DNA of 64,000 nucleotides from Utricularia gibba (taxonomy: Eukaryota; Plantae; Magnoliophyta). A program made the translations under genes and the position numbers. Where the stretch lies: assembly GCA_002189035.1 (NCBI GenBank), contig NEEC01000008.1:3286001-3350000 (forward strand). Direction: 5' to 3'. Position 1 is the stretch's first letter. The number at the start of each line of letters is the position of its first letter. Positions 60,901 to 64,000 of this stretch are shown here, in pieces. Below the pieces are notes generated by a model. It was not told where the DNA came from. It searched no databases and worked only from the letters and a program-made list of their open reading frames with translations.

Positions 60901-63900
60901 AAGTAACCCTAGTGGATATATCTCACGATCAAATTCCATCTCCGGGTCCAACTAGTTACACGCCATACACATATCAGGCATCATACAAAACCGATGAAAA
61001 ACATAAATAGTTGAAAGGTCCACACCTAAAGGTGGATGGAAGTGACCATGAGAAAAATACCTGTAGGAACTCTTCTTGTTTAAAAGGATCAAGCCCTGGA
61101 GATGGATACCATACCTGAAAACGAACAATAACCACTACCTTAAAGGAACACACAAAGTAAAAGATGATGAAACATTTTTTTCATAGGAGAGAAGTCTATA
61201 GAAACTTTTACCTGCATTCCACGGTGGCCATAATCCAACCAGGAGACCTCCTCTATTAAGTTCGTTTTCTCCTCTGTCTGGCCACAAGTCACCCAGAATA
61301 ACTCCACTGAGTCAGACAGTTTCCTTTCCCTACCATCATGCAAATCAAGCAACGAGAGATCCCCATTTCCACGCAGTATCAAACATCTACAGCAGATTGC
61401 AGACAATTTCCCGTCAAAGGTAATCTTCCAAAAGGATCATCTAAACACAAGTACTTTAGACACACCTAGAAGGCTCCCGAGACCAAAAAGCAGGATTGTT
61501 CATGTTACTTCTAATGGTTTCCCTGGGAAGCTGATCAGGGATAAAACGCATCGCCACAGGATGGCCTTTTGCAGTCATGATAGAAAGTTCTCGTACTGTA
61601 GAAAGCTGTTTGTCATTTTATTACTGACGAATGCATGAGGGGTGTTGCTCATTTGCATATATAAGAAAGTCGTAATTTAACTGTGACTAGTTGCAGGATA
61701 AACTAATGTATCACCTCTCTGATTTGAAAATAATTGCAAAATCTTGGTTACCTGAATTTCTGGAGAACTTGATGGTGATAATTCACCAATAAGTTTCACA
61801 TGGAATATGTGAGTATCAAAAGGAGGATAAGTAACCAGTATATAATCCTGGTAAGCATCCATGGCCAATGGTTTTGTCAGCAATGGTTTCCGACATAGTA
61901 GTGAACTTTGATCAAGATGATACCTTGGGTAAAAGAGCAACTCATACCTGCAATTTTGAAACATATGAAAACAACACGATGAGTATACAGGTCTCACAAC
62001 CTGAGGACCATTTTACTAACTAATTTTTTTGCAACATGAATTTTTGCATCAAAGAAAATGGTCAAGACTAATATATATAAAAAAAAAAACACATGCAGGA
62101 CAAAAACACACAAAATAATTTTTCCAAAAAAAAAAAAGTAAACTCTAGAAGGATAGAAAAATCCAGCAGGTCCATGCATATAAACTACAGTTTTATTAAG
62201 GACAGGTCAACTTCTAAATTGCAGGAAGTAAGAGTCAGGTCAGCTTTAAGAATATATTGCTTCTCACGTGTCTGACGAGTTCACATAATTGCAGATAACA
62301 ACAATCTTCCCAACCCACAACAAGCCCTTGCACTGGATTTTTTGCTCCTGGGTAACATCTCCAAACACTCTCCACCGCTTTAACCGCATATCGTGCAAGA
62401 TTAAACCATGGACTCCAGAAATTGCAAGATATGTTCCATCACTACTTGCAGCAACGTGTAGAACAGGCCAGTTTTGTGAAATGTATGATACCTGTTAGAT
62501 TTCAAACATTAAACACAGCATCCCCTGACACACAGGTGATGAGAAAAGATGCAGACTACTGGAAGTACGGTTCTCCACATACTGGAAGAATGAGGTGCAA
62601 CATCTTCAGTTCATCTGTACACTCAGACTGTACAATAAGTAATCGATCTTCACCACAGATAATTTGAAGCGAGTATGTCATTCCCGAAACGCCCCCATTG
62701 AGGCAGCACTTTCCAAAGGAAAAAGCTATTATTCTTTCTGAACATCCTTGCTCAGCAGCATACAGTCTATACCCATGTTCATCCCAGTGCATCAGTGATG
62801 TTCCATCCATCATGGGCTCATACTTAACATCTTGGTTGAATTTAACAACTGGAGAAGAAGCTGAACTCAGACCTATTCGCCGGATAGTAGACATCAATCG
62901 GCATCCAGATACAGACCAAACTATAAGCCCTCTCAACTTCCATCCAACGGAAAATGCAGAACTGTCAGGGGTCCAAGCAATACAATTGACGGGGCCAGTG
63001 TCTTCCACAGAGTACCTGGGAAAAAAAGTTGACGAGTGGAGTTCTATAAGAGTGATACAACACATAGATGTTAAAAAACGAACCAACAAAATGACTATTT
63101 TATATGAGGAATTAGCCCTTCAAAAATATTTTCCTCTCTAAGATCATTCAATTTATCAAACTAGAGGTGATCTAACACGCATCAGAACCAGGAGCCAGTT
63201 TTTTCAGTATTTCAAGGATATGCACATGAATTATGCTCTGCATATTCATGCCAAGTTCCAGTTAAGAGAAGCAAAGACCTTACCCCAATCATTCAAAGAA
63301 ACTGAGCGAATAAATGATGCGGAATTCGCAAGGTCATATAGCTCAACAGTTCCCTTCCGGGTACCTACAGCAAGAATTTGCTGTGTCGGAGACACTGATG
63401 TGCATACGGCCTCCTTAGTATCCAGCCTCATTTCGAAAACGATACCATCAGTTTGTCTCAGACCTTTCTTGCTCACAGAGAATATAGTGATTTCACCATC
63501 AGAAAATAGCACCAGTAGCAGCCATAATGCAATTGAAAACTCAAGATGGACAACTGCAGAAGCTTTTTCTTTGAAATGGTTTAAACCATTGGTATCACCG
63601 ATTTGGCTTCTGTTGGAATTCTGACCGCTGCCTGATTGATAGGACAGTTCACTGGCGCCAAGTTTATCATTCAACCTCACTTGAAGAAAAAAAGCACCGC
63701 AGAACTGTGCAGTAATAACTTTCATCATCATGTAGTACACATCAAAGCAATTCAAAATATGGGAAGTCAAGGTGATATCTAGCTACCATTACAAGAAAAA
63801 AATCATACAGTATGCAATGGGCATACCTCACCCTTCCAAGACATATTATATAGTGATCCATCAGAAAGTCCAATCAGCATGTTTTTGTTATCACAGACGA

Positions 63901-64000
63901 AGTTGCTCCTGTCAGTTAAGGGAAGGTATCATTTAGAATGAAAAACAAAAATGATTAAGCTGAACAACATTTTTAATAAGAATCATCAACAGACAAATTT
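57952..64000 (-). CDS. RIC1: RIC1 (RAB6A/RabH GEF complex partner), 3' part; 5' end lies beyond the window
   Basis: Exons traced from 63908 to the stop at 57952: MLIGLSDGSLY, WD40 region (NCIAWTPD, WRVFGDVTQEQ), RIC1 domain (VVVSVARKTDGRHW..LF, WYRTAACYIL), QSRLDAEFLLAHMCSVKFKEWIVVLATLLRR; one phase mismatch at 63283-63286. Confidence 0.93.

Overview
This is gene-dense eudicot nuclear DNA: 21 protein-coding loci in 64 kb (about one per 3 kb), many introns of roughly 70-110 nt and short intergenic spacers. I found no autonomous transposon, tRNA, rRNA or CRISPR array. The compaction resembles a miniaturised genome such as Lentibulariaceae (Utricularia/Genlisea); that is inference, not identification. 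Gene order: FKBP42/TWD1 (-, runs off left edge), TAB2 (-), tRNA-dihydrouridine synthase (+), CCD1 (+), twin-CX9C mitoribosomal mS37-like (+), CESA3 (+), NOG1 (+), PATROL1 (+), SECE2 (+), frameshifted ARM-repeat gene (-), eEF1B (+), NF-YC (-), clade III SWEET (-), DHHC S-acyltransferase (+), CASP-like (+), GH3 exo-glucanase (-), LCBK2 (+), MSL1 (+), At1g01540-like kinase (+), BPS1 (+), RIC1 (-, runs off right edge). Manual exon reconstruction found six reading-frame breaks in five otherwise intact genes (plus a weaker seventh in BPS1), all in homopolymer runs and mostly one base short, which points to a sequencing artefact. The ARM break does not fit that pattern and may be a real lesion. I found no unambiguous new biological system. 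The best leads are a duplicated perfect heat-shock element upstream of TWD1, CESA3 lying near its delivery factor PATROL1, a (GGGGTT)5 G-quadruplex tract, a 3'-terminal GC3 rise, a repeat-expanded GATCTG-rich BPS1 leader intron and four unexplained GC-rich islands.
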